Of a stretch of 33,603 nucleotides of DNA, positions 1 to 7,559 are shown one piece after another. The number at the start of each line of letters is the position of its first letter. The first letter of the stretch is position 1. Both the position numbers and the translations under genes were made by a program. Origin of the DNA: Candidatus Sumerlaeia bacterium (GTDB lineage Bacteria > Sumerlaeota > Sumerlaeia > SLMS01); contig JBBQYG010000026.1 in NCBI GenBank assembly GCA_038208905.1, forward strand, positions 1 through 33,603, given 5' to 3'. The notes beneath the pieces were generated by a model, which was not told the DNA's origin, did no database searches, and saw only the letters and a program-made list of their open reading frames with translations.

Positions 1-109
1 CTCGCCCGCGCGGTTGTCGACCGACTACCCCGCCGGTTTTCAAGGCCCAGTCACTTCATCCATATCGGATCGGGAACCAAATCCAGCGCGGGCGAGACGC
101 CCACGCTAC
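1..109. repeat. REP-type inverted doublet (GTAG-hairpin); left copy cut by window edge
   Basis: 87-109 on the minus strand reads GTAGCGTGGGCGTCTCGCCCGCG. Bases 1-10 (ctcgcccgcg) are the reverse complement of 87-96. A near-identical copy lies at 3469-3492. Confidence 0.65.
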
Positions 110-1045
110 CTTGGCTCTGCGGTCGCGCTGGGGGTTTTCGCGGTGATCTTTGGCGTCTATACAGTTTGGCGCTACCACGCCTTTGGCGTCATCGTTGCCA
201 ACACGGTGAAGGCCAAGTCGGGCTCGTCGCTGGATGCGGGGGTCTGGTACTTCGTGAGCTACTTCGCCGGGGCGCCCGCGCTGCTGCTGGTTCTGGCGGG
301 GATTGCGCTGTGGAGGATTCGTCGGCAGATCCGCATTCTTGACGCGCCCGCGCGGCTTGCGATCGTGGCGGCGATGGCGGTGGGGCTGCAGCTCGCATTC
401 GCGGTGGCCGTTGGGGGTGACTGGATGCCCGCGGCGCGGTTCATCGTTCCGGCGCTGGCGCCGCTGTGCCTGCTGGCGGCGTGGGGGATGGCACCGTGGC
501 CAACGATGGTACGTGGTGGATTGGTGGCGGGCGTGTTGCTGGGCGGATTGTTTGCGGCGCGGCAGGAACCGATGCTGCGCTGGTGCCGGTGGGCCGCCAA
601 GGAGGAGGGCGGCTTGATCGTGGAGCCGCTTCGCGAGGCGGGCCAGTGGCTCCGCGACAACGCGCCGCCCGACGCGGTGCTCGCGGGGACCGAGGCGGGC
701 GTGATCCCGTACTACTCGAAACTCGAATTCATCGACATGCTGGGCCTGGTGGATCGCCACATCGCGGCGCTCCCCGGGGGGCTGCATCAGAAGTTCGATG
801 GCGCCTATGTCATCGGGCGCCGACCCGATTTCGTCGTGCTGCAATTCACGGAAACTCCGCAGGGGGAAAAGCCCACGTGGGCGCCGGACCTCAGCCTGTT
901 CCAGCAGCCCGACTTTCACGGCCTCTATCGCGAGGTCGCCGCGTTCCCGCGTCCGGTCCCCGACACGTCAACGGGGCGCCGGTGGGGCATGACCGCCGGG
1001 TGGCTTAGAATCTATCGCCGAGTCGGCGGCGCGTCGGACGGATAG
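2..1045 (+). CDS. Polytopic membrane protein, GT-C/arabinofuranosyltransferase (AftB)-like family; 5'-truncated at window edge
   Basis: Frame is open from base 2. Several hydrophobic segments, with GGDWMPAARFIVP, EAGVIPYYS and DMLGLVD motifs typical of this membrane glycosyltransferase-like family. The stop overlaps the convergent peptidase gene. Confidence 0.6.
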   Translation, partial: SPARLSTDYPAGFQGPVTSSISDREPNPARARRPRYLGSAVALGVFAVIFGVYTVWRYHAFGVIVANTVKAKSGSSLDAGVWYFVSYFAGAPALLLVLAGIALWRIRRQIRILDAPARLAIVAAMAVGLQLAFAVAVGGDWMPAARFIVPALAPLCLLAAWGMAPWPTMVRGGLVAGVLLGGLFAARQEPMLRWCRWAAKEEGGLIVEPLREAGQWLRDNAPPDAVLAGTEAGVIPYYSKLEFIDMLGLVDRHIAALPGGLHQKFDGAYVIGRRPDFVVLQFTETPQGEKPTWAPDLSLFQQPDFHGLYREVAAFPRPVPDTSTGRRWGMTAGWLRIYRRVGGASDG

Positions 1046-1782
1046 ACGACCGCCGCGACCATCGCCTGGCCATAGAGTTCCCAGAGCTTTTCGAATTCCC
1101 ACTCTCCCGCATCTCGCGGCAGTTCGAATGTGACGATGGGAATGCCAAGCGTCTCGCCCGCATAGGAGCCCAGCGATCCGGGCCGCGAGCCCAGGCGCTC
1201 GACCGGCAGCACGGTGTAGCGGCCCATGTGCCACGCCAGATCCTCCGCGGGGCCGTCCCAGTCCACGACTTCCAGGGGCTCGTGCAGGCTGACGATCCGC
1301 GCGGGCTTGTATTTTTCGAGCACGTCCATGATGATGCGGCTCTCCGGTTCGGAGAGCGCCTCCATCCCATGGCGCGCGCTGTTTTCGCGATTCGTGGCGG
1401 GGAAGTTTCGGTTCAGGTCGATGCCGCGCGAGTTGAAGCGGCGATTGACGGAGAGACCATCGGGATTCACCAGCGGCATGATCAGCACGCGGCGCCCCGC
1501 GAGGAGTTGCGGATTCTGGCGCAGGTGCCGCGCAAGCTGCCACAGGATCGGCGTGCCCGCGTTCTCGTTCCCGTGGATCGTCGCCATCATCAGCACCACG
1601 TCGGGCCCGTTGCCGAGCGACAGCATTTCGATCGGGCGCTTTTCCACCGAGAGCCCCAGGAAAATCCGGTCCACGGGCCGCGGCTCCGAAACCGGCTCAA
1701 CTGTGACTTCCGGCGCCGAGTGAAACGCGCATCCGCCCAGCGCCATCGCGCCCAGTATCATGCTGCCCAGCAATCGCCGCAT
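1012..1782 (-). CDS. M14 zinc carboxypeptidase, MpaA-like murein peptide amidase, lipoprotein
   Basis: IHGNE zinc motif, NPDG, GIDLNRNFP, SEPES, SLHE, PGSLGSY and TFELP motifs. Lipobox ALGGC follows the ATG at 1782, which has AAGGA upstream. Confidence 0.85.
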   Translation of the reverse strand: MRRLLGSMILGAMALGGCAFHSAPEVTVEPVSEPRPVDRIFLGLSVEKRPIEMLSLGNGPDVVLMMATIHGNENAGTPILWQLARHLRQNPQLLAGRRVLIMPLVNPDGLSVNRRFNSRGIDLNRNFPATNRENSARHGMEALSEPESRIIMDVLEKYKPARIVSLHEPLEVVDWDGPAEDLAWHMGRYTVLPVERLGSRPGSLGSYAGETLGIPIVTFELPRDAGEWEFEKLWELYGQAMVAAVVYPSDAPPTRR

Positions 1783-1811
1783 TCTTGCAGTTTCCTTTTC
1801 GGTGAGGCTTT

Positions 1812-1891
1812 CATGGGAGAGATGGGAGGCAAGGGAGTGGTGGGATGCATTGCCTGACCGAAAATCCCCGCCATTCCCCATTCCCCATTCC
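1812..1891. repeat. Short tandem repeats: G-rich 9-nt units facing (CCATTCC)x3
   Basis: atgggagag atgggaggc aagggagtg gtggga (1813-1845) and ccattcc x3 (1871-1891), directly after the kinase stop codon on the minus strand. Confidence 0.55.
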
Positions 1892-2980
1892 CTACAAAAT
1901 ATACTCCTCATGGGTGCCGATGCGTGTCAGATAGATATACGCGTCGGTGCCAAATCCCTCCAGCGAGATCAGGTTCATGTCGCCGCCGAAGTAGCGCGCA
2001 TAGAGCCGGCAGAGCGGCAGCCCGTAACCGAGCCCCGCAAGCTGATCCACGTCGCGGCCCGACTCGGTGGAGTCGCTGGCCTGGGCGGTGGTATAGGCGT
2101 AGTTCCAGACGCGCTCCACCGAGCTGCGCGGGATGCCGCCCCCCTGGTCGGTGATCTTGATTGAGACGTCCTCCATGCCGCCGGCCAGCACCACATGCAC
2201 CGGCGTCATCCGCCCGCCGTGGTGGCGCTGGTGCTCGATGGTGGCGCGAAAGCTGTTCTTGAACAGCTCGAAGAAAATGTGGTGCAGGTGCGATGGCAGA
2301 TAGCGGAACTTCAGGCTCATCTTGCCGTGGAAGCGCACCGCGGGCGGATCGCCGTGGGTGCGCCGGCAGATGATGCCCGCATTCTCCGCGGCCTGCTGGG
2401 CGACCTCCATCGGCGACGTCTGGGCACAGATCACCCCCACCCAACCGTCCAGGTTGTCATGCACCGCCGCGTGGTGCCCCAGCAGCACGCGGATACCGAT
2501 GCGGGAGAGAAAGAAGCTGTCCAGAAACGCCTGCACCCCAGGCGGCACATCGGTCAGCCCCTCGCGCAGCATCCATTCCTGCACGCCGCGCGCCATCACG
2601 GAGACCTGGTTCTTGTGGCGATCCTTGATGGAGGAAATCACGCCACAGAAGCGCCGGTCGTCCTCGATGGTGCGGATCTGGGGGAAATCCACGATCTCCC
2701 GAAACGAATGGATATACCAGTCGCGGACAAGTTGGATCCACCGGACGCGCGCGAGGGCGGGGGGGATGCTCTCCTCCAGTTCCTTGACCTTCTTGGCCAG
2801 GCGGATCGGCATCTCGTGCTTGAGGAACCGCGACCCGCGGATCAGGGAGGCCTCGTCGCCAAGGCGCGCGTATTCATACAGATCGCGCAGCGTCACCGGC
2901 GTCGGGCTAAGCACCGCCTGCCGCTCGATTTCGACGGCTAGGCTTTCTGGCACCGACAGGCTCACCGGAGAACTCCACAT
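1892..2980 (-). CDS. Pyruvate dehydrogenase kinase / branched-chain ketoacid dehydrogenase kinase family protein (BCDHK_Adom3 + GHKL ATPase)
   Basis: N-domain motifs FLKHEMPIRLA, VRDWYIHSF, RHKNQVSVMARGV and FLDSFFLSRIGIRVL. Kinase motifs YLPSHLHHIFFELFKNSFRAT (N box), KITDQGGGI (G1), YAYTTA, LAGLGYGLPLCRLYARYFGGD (G2) and EGFGTDAYIYL. Start uncertain: ATG 3004, ATG 2980, or GTG 2965 with a GGAG RBS. Confidence 0.92.
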   Translation of the reverse strand: MWSSPVSLSVPESLAVEIERQAVLSPTPVTLRDLYEYARLGDEASLIRGSRFLKHEMPIRLAKKVKELEESIPPALARVRWIQLVRDWYIHSFREIVDFPQIRTIEDDRRFCGVISSIKDRHKNQVSVMARGVQEWMLREGLTDVPPGVQAFLDSFFLSRIGIRVLLGHHAAVHDNLDGWVGVICAQTSPMEVAQQAAENAGIICRRTHGDPPAVRFHGKMSLKFRYLPSHLHHIFFELFKNSFRATIEHQRHHGGRMTPVHVVLAGGMEDVSIKITDQGGGIPRSSVERVWNYAYTTAQASDSTESGRDVDQLAGLGYGLPLCRLYARYFGGDMNLISLEGFGTDAYIYLTRIGTHEEYIL

Positions 2981-3027
2981 GGAATATCCAAAGGCAACCG
3001 ACATGGACCGATGGCTGTCAAGCACGG

Positions 3028-3530
3028 AGGGGGGCGGCAGGGAGAGGCGGGTAACGGCAGGGAGAAACAGGGAACGGCAGAAACGAGGGGAAAGGCAGGG
3101 ACGGCGGGGACGGCGCAGGATAGCCTAAAGCTCCGCCGCTCGTATCAGGTCGGGTTGTCAGTTCCGGAATGCCATCGTCCCGGCAGGGATGCAACAATCG
3201 TAGCCCCGGACTTTCAGTCCGGGGAGGAAGAATAAACTGTGGGCGGACCCCCGGAGGGGTCCACCAAGGGCGCCGGATTGAGCCCTGTGGAAACCCTGCC
3301 GGAATGCGCATCGCCCCCCGCTGGATTCCTCACGGCAAGATGATGGCGCCGTTGCACTGGCCCGGCAACCAAAGATCGGAAGTATCGGCACAATCCGCGT
3401 GATCCGCGGCAAAAAAGACAACGGGCCGCGGATTGCGCAAATGGCGCGGATTTAGGGGGGCTCAACGGCGCAGGCGAGAACGCCCACGCTACCCTTAAGG
3501 CCTCTCCCTGCTGTTCCCCGCCGTTCCCCC
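3028..3530. repeat. Intergenic cluster of nested palindromic/REP-like repeats
   Basis: Outer inverted pair gcagggagaggc 3037-3048 / gcctctccctgc 3500-3511. GTAG+ccccggact-ttc-agtccgggg at 3200-3224. ggacccc-cgga-ggggtcc at 3245-3262. atccgcggc/gccgcggat at 3402-3433. GTAG-type REP at 3469-3492 (minus). Confidence 0.7.
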
Positions 3531-4840
3531 TACTTCACTCTCCACGTCTGCTCCAAGTGCTTCGTCATATTGTGAAGGCCGAACTGGACGTCGTACTTGG
3601 TGTCGCGGGACGGGGCGGATTCCTGCTTGGCCTCGATGCGGACGAGGTCCTCGACGACGTCGATGAAGGCGTCGAAGACGTATGGGTCGAAGTGGGCGCC
3701 GCGGCGGCGGCCCATGGTCTCGATGGTTTGGTCCAGGGGGACGGCTTTCTTGTAGCTGCGCTTATGGATAAGGGCGTCGTACACATCGACGACGGCGACG
3801 ATCTTGGCGAAGAGGGGGATGTCGGCGCCGGACTTCTTCATCGGGTAGCCGTTGCCGTCGAACCACTCGTGGTGGCTGAGGGCGATTGCCTCCGACGCGC
3901 GCAGGAGTGGGTCCTCGGAGCCGGCGAGGATTTCCGCGCCGATCATTGTGTGGGTCTTCATGTACTCGTACTCGAAGGGCGTGAGGCGACCGGGCTTGAG
4001 CAGGATGCTATCGGGAACGCCGATCTTGCCGATGTCGTGGAGCGGCGCGGCCTCGCGGAGCAGGTCCACGTCGGCCTTGGAGAGCCCCAGCCGCTCGGCC
4101 ACGCGGGCGGCGAACAGCCCAATGCGGACGGTGTGGTTCCCGGTTTCGTCGTCGCGCCACTGGGCCGCGCGGCCCAGGCGGTTGACCACGTCGTGGAAGG
4201 CCGTGCTGAGGTCCTTGGTGCGGCGCTTGTGGGCCTCCATGTAGTTGATCAGGAGGCTGGTGCGCTCGTTGACGATGCGCTCGAGGTTGTGCTGGTACTG
4301 GAGCTGGTCGTTCCCCTGGCGGCGCTTCTGCAGGCAGCGGTCCATTGATGTGGACAGCGTGCCGGCATCCACGGGCTCGATCAGCACGTCGGCGACGCCG
4401 GCGCGAAAGGCGTCGGCCACATGGCGCGGGTCGGCGTCCTTCATCAGCGCGACAACGGAAATCTCCGGGTGGCGCGAGTGGAGGTCGGAATAGAGCTTGA
4501 GCGGTGTGCTGTCGGCGGGGTCGGGATTCGCAACCAGCAGGTCGGGAATGCCGGCCCCGAGCATCTCCCAAACTTGCTCGCACTGGGGCGCGTGGCGGAA
4601 GCCGTACTTGTTGCGGGCGATGTAGCGCTGGAAGCGCTCGCCGAATCGCTCGTGGTCGCCGACGAAGATGATCTCCGCGGGTTTGGAGATTCCCGGCGGG
4701 CGGTTTCTCCAAAGGTTCTTGGCATTGTCGAGGTTGAGCGCCTCCTCCCGCGCGGCCTCGAGGATCTGCTCGAGCGGTGGAAGGTCCTCCCCGGCGGGAA
4801 TCTGCAGGGGGTTGAGGGGCTTGCCGATCTTGATGCTCAA
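3530..4840 (-). CDS. HD-GYP domain c-di-GMP phosphodiesterase with N-terminal (degenerate) receiver domain, RpfG-like
   Basis: RDDETGNHTVR, LHDIGKIGVPDSILLKPGRLT, HHEWFDGNGYP, IVAVVDVYDAL and RSYKK motifs. A receiver-like fold lies upstream (AFRAGVADVLIEP). TTG start. Confidence 0.9.
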   Translation of the reverse strand: MSIKIGKPLNPLQIPAGEDLPPLEQILEAAREEALNLDNAKNLWRNRPPGISKPAEIIFVGDHERFGERFQRYIARNKYGFRHAPQCEQVWEMLGAGIPDLLVANPDPADSTPLKLYSDLHSRHPEISVVALMKDADPRHVADAFRAGVADVLIEPVDAGTLSTSMDRCLQKRRQGNDQLQYQHNLERIVNERTSLLINYMEAHKRRTKDLSTAFHDVVNRLGRAAQWRDDETGNHTVRIGLFAARVAERLGLSKADVDLLREAAPLHDIGKIGVPDSILLKPGRLTPFEYEYMKTHTMIGAEILAGSEDPLLRASEAIALSHHEWFDGNGYPMKKSGADIPLFAKIVAVVDVYDALIHKRSYKKAVPLDQTIETMGRRRGAHFDPYVFDAFIDVVEDLVRIEAKQESAPSRDTKYDVQFGLHNMTKHLEQTWRVK

Positions 4841-4942
4841 GGACGGCCCTGTTCTCTCTCCGGGGGGAGAGCATGCGCCTTGGATTCGGAGGATCGTTGG
4901 CGGCGGAAGGCGGAGGGAGGGTCAGGCATGATGAGTGGATTG

Positions 4943-4971
4943 ACTTTATAGGGGAGTGCTCCGTGAGTCAA
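4943..4971 (-). promoter_or_regulatory. Putative sigma70-type promoter of the HD-GYP gene
   Basis: Minus strand TTGACT (4971-4966), 17 nt spacer, TAAAGT (4948-4943), an AT-rich patch in GC-rich DNA. TTGACT at 4940-4945 on plus makes it an inverted repeat. Confidence 0.45.
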
Positions 4972-5142
4972 CGGGAGGAATTCGCGCCCCTCCGCGCCAT
5001 CGCGTGTCGCGTTCCCGTTTCCCAATTCCCCCTTCCCCGCGTGGCGGCGGGCCTTGACTCCAACCGCCCCTTGGCCGCCTATGGACGCGCAAGGAAGCGA
5101 AATCCGGGACATCCGATCCCATCCCCAATGGAGGGCCTCTCG

Positions 5143-5505
5143 ATGATTGGACCCAAGCTTGACGCACGCAGCTATGCGATCCTGATTTTGGCGGTGATTG
5201 GAGTGCTGGTGGGTGGCACCCTGGTGGCCCAGCAGCAGACCCGCGACTACTCCGTGAACGCAGAGCTGGCCAGTGCCACGCGCGCCGTTGCCGACGCCAC
5301 GAGCCGTGTCGCCGATTCCAACGCCCAGATTGCCGCCGCTATTCTTGAGCTGGGCACGTCCGTCCGCGATGCAAGCCGCAACATGTCCCGCTCCGGCGGC
5401 GGAACCGCAGCCTCTGGCGAAGCTGTCCCCGGCGAGGAATCCATGTCGGCACCCGTGGACAATGCCGCCCCCGAGCCCAAGAAGCCCGTCTTCGAGTTGA
5501 ACTGA
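5143..5505 (+). CDS. Hypothetical single-pass membrane protein with coiled-coil-like segment
   Basis: GGAGGG RBS before ATG 5143, N-terminal hydrophobic helix and heptad-like Ala-rich region. Confidence 0.65.
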   Translation: MIGPKLDARSYAILILAVIGVLVGGTLVAQQQTRDYSVNAELASATRAVADATSRVADSNAQIAAAILELGTSVRDASRNMSRSGGGTAASGEAVPGEESMSAPVDNAAPEPKKPVFELN

Positions 5506-5563
5506 CGCCCGCGGGGGTTCGCCCCCCGGTGGCCCAGACGAATTCGAGGACGCCCTTTCCGCC

Positions 5564-5995
5564 ATGCGATTAATCTTCCTGCTCGTGTTGCTGGCGGCGG
5601 TCGGGGTGTTGCTTGGCCGGGAGATCCTTTCCGCCGGCTCCGCGCGCCGCGCCGGGGCCGACCCTCTGGCGATCAATCGTCGCCTTCGCCGGCGCGCCAA
5701 GGGCCTCGCGCTCTTGCTGGCAGTCTATGCCGGGGCTGCGTGGTTCGAGGACGCCGCCGCGTGGGGCGCCTTTTCCCTCCGCGAGGGCATTCTCCATGTC
5801 GGCGGCGTGATCATTCTGGTGTTCTGGCTGCTGATTCTGGTGGCGCGGGACATCCGCGAGACGGCGATGGAGGCGGCGGGCGAGCGTCAGGCTTTTGCCG
5901 TCGAATCGCTCCAGCGCATCGAGGAGGAAATCCGCCGCATCCGCGCGGCGGAGAAGGATGCGGCGACGGATGAAGCGAAACAGGGCGACGCGTAG
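5564..5995 (+). CDS. Hypothetical membrane protein (3 TM segments, charged C-tail)
   Basis: Three hydrophobic stretches, host-like codon usage, co-oriented with neighbours. Confidence 0.7.
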   Translation: MRLIFLLVLLAAVGVLLGREILSAGSARRAGADPLAINRRLRRRAKGLALLLAVYAGAAWFEDAAAWGAFSLREGILHVGGVIILVFWLLILVARDIRETAMEAAGERQAFAVESLQRIEEEIRRIRAAEKDAATDEAKQGDA

Positions 5996-6035
5996 TCGTT
6001 CGCGCCCTTTTCGGTAGCCGCGCCCCGCCGCCATC

Positions 6036-6836
6036 GTGACCATTGACGTCATGACCGCAAACACCGCGCCCGCCCCCATGCCGCCCGACGCCTATCGCCA
6101 CCTCCAGTGGCTGTTTTCGTGGCACCTGCTGACGGTGCGGCAGAAGTTGATGACCCTCGCCCAGAAGTACACCGTCCACGACGAGCAGGATTACCCGCGG
6201 TTCCACGTGGTGCGCCCGCCGAAGATCGCCCTGAGCCTGGTGGCGGGTGCCGCGGCCTTGTCGGTCAGCCTGCTGAGTCTTTACTTTGGAATCCGGATGA
6301 TGATGAACCAGGGCGAGTTCGTGGTGGCGATGGCGATCATCGTGGGCGGCGGGATGGTGGCGCGTCTGGTGAGGGTGCTGCTGATGCCGTATCGCGACAT
6401 CCGCGTGTTTGCCGACGCGGCGGAGCAGTTCCCCGTGATGACCATCAGCCAGGACAACAAGTTCGGCCTCCACCACTGGTACACGGTGATCGACGCGATG
6501 GGGAATCCGGTGGCGCGCGCCAAGCGCAACCTGCTCACCGCGATCTGGCGCAGGCAGTGGGTGGCGGAGACCCTGGACGGGCGCCCCATCCTGAACGTGA
6601 GGGAGGACTCCCTGGGCCTCGCGCTGCTGCGGCGCTACGTCGGTTCGCTGTGGGGAATGCTGCGCACGAACTTCGATTTCTACATCCCCGGCGGCCCCCG
6701 CGTGGGCGAGTACAACCGCAAGCTGACGATCACCGACCAGTACGTGATGGACCTGCGCGCGGACCCCTGGTTCCTGGTGGATCGCCGCGTGGCGCTGGCC
6801 CTGGCGATCCTGCTGGACACCGGCGAGGGCCGGTAG
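6036..6836 (+). CDS. LURP-one-related/scramblase-like (Tubby-C fold) protein with inserted TM hairpin
   Basis: VRQKLMTLAQKYTVHDE, RKLTITDQYVMDL and DRRVALALAILLD terminal helix. Hydrophobic hairpin at about aa 62-110. Alternative start ATG 6051. Confidence 0.65.
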   Translation: MTIDVMTANTAPAPMPPDAYRHLQWLFSWHLLTVRQKLMTLAQKYTVHDEQDYPRFHVVRPPKIALSLVAGAAALSVSLLSLYFGIRMMMNQGEFVVAMAIIVGGGMVARLVRVLLMPYRDIRVFADAAEQFPVMTISQDNKFGLHHWYTVIDAMGNPVARAKRNLLTAIWRRQWVAETLDGRPILNVREDSLGLALLRRYVGSLWGMLRTNFDFYIPGGPRVGEYNRKLTITDQYVMDLRADPWFLVDRRVALALAILLDTGEGR

Positions 6837-6915
6837 GCGCCGGGCGATTGCGCTGGATTTTACGGGGCACCTGAAGTCCACCTCCCCCCAGTCGCACCGT
6901 CAGGAGGCCAGCCCC

Positions 6916-7170
6916 ATGAAGACGATCATTGCAACCTATCGAAACGGCAAGCTGGACCCCACCGAGGCGCTCGACTACGCGGAGGGGGAAAAGCTCGAGA
7001 TCAGCATCAGGAAAGCTCCCATCCCAAGCGCCGAAGAAGAGGAGGCCATCGAGGAGATGCGTCGGCGGTTTCCAAACCTCGTAGGTACGCTAACTCCCGA
7101 GGAGGCCGAGGAGATGATGCATCTAATCGACGAGGAGTTCGGACAAATTGATCCCGACCAGTGGAAATAG
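6916..7170 (+). CDS. Antitoxin, DUF104/AF2212-like (VapB role)
   Basis: MKTIIATYRNGKLDPTEALDYAEGEKLEISI matches the IxAxYxNGxxxP...EGxxVxI pattern. Acidic C-terminus, AGGAGG RBS, overlaps the PIN gene. Confidence 0.75.
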   Translation: MKTIIATYRNGKLDPTEALDYAEGEKLEISIRKAPIPSAEEEEAIEEMRRRFPNLVGTLTPEEAEEMMHLIDEEFGQIDPDQWK

Positions 7171-7549
7171 CGCGCTGCTGGATACCAATGCGGTGATCGC
7201 GTTTCGGGGAATGACGCGGTCAGTCATGCTGAATCTGCGGGCCTACAGCGACTTGGCGATTAGCGCGATCACGCTGGGCGGGCTTTTCTTTGGGGCCCAG
7301 AATTCCGAGCGGCGCGAGGAAAACCTGGAAGAACTCACGCGTGTAATCGCTGGGATCGAAATAACTCCAATCGATTCTGCCGTTGCCGCGGAATACCCCG
7401 TGATTCGCCACGAATTGAAGCGGCGAGGACTACCGATCCCGCCGAATGATATGTGGATCGCCGCCACCGCGCGACTTCACTCCATGACGCTTGTCACGTG
7501 CGACCGCCATTTTCATTCGGTCAAAGGCCTGAGCGTCCTGGGCTGGTAG
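7148..7549 (+). CDS. vapC: PIN-domain toxin, VapC family
   Basis: LLDTN, GLPIPPNDMWIAATA and LVTCDRHF motifs. TTG start with gaggag at 7132-7137. Confidence 0.88.
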   Translation: MIPTSGNSALLDTNAVIAFRGMTRSVMLNLRAYSDLAISAITLGGLFFGAQNSERREENLEELTRVIAGIEITPIDSAVAAEYPVIRHELKRRGLPIPPNDMWIAATARLHSMTLVTCDRHFHSVKGLSVLGW

Positions 7550-7559
7550 TCCGGCCCAC

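Noticed and set aside
2985-3021. Sigma70 promoter for the kinase (TTGACA at 3021-3016, minus)
   Set aside because: No acceptable -10 hexamer at 16-18 nt spacing.
1892-3025. Ordinary two-component sensor histidine kinase
   Set aside because: No HisKA H-box, sensor or TM domain. The N-terminal half carries PDK/BCKDK-specific motifs.
3011-3465. Small ORFs in the spacer (74-97 aa, both strands)
   Set aside because: They are translations of palindromic repeats, with no RBS or recognisable domain.
5506-5535. Rho-independent terminator (ggggg-ttcg-ccccc hairpin)
   Set aside because: No U-tract follows and the stem is short.
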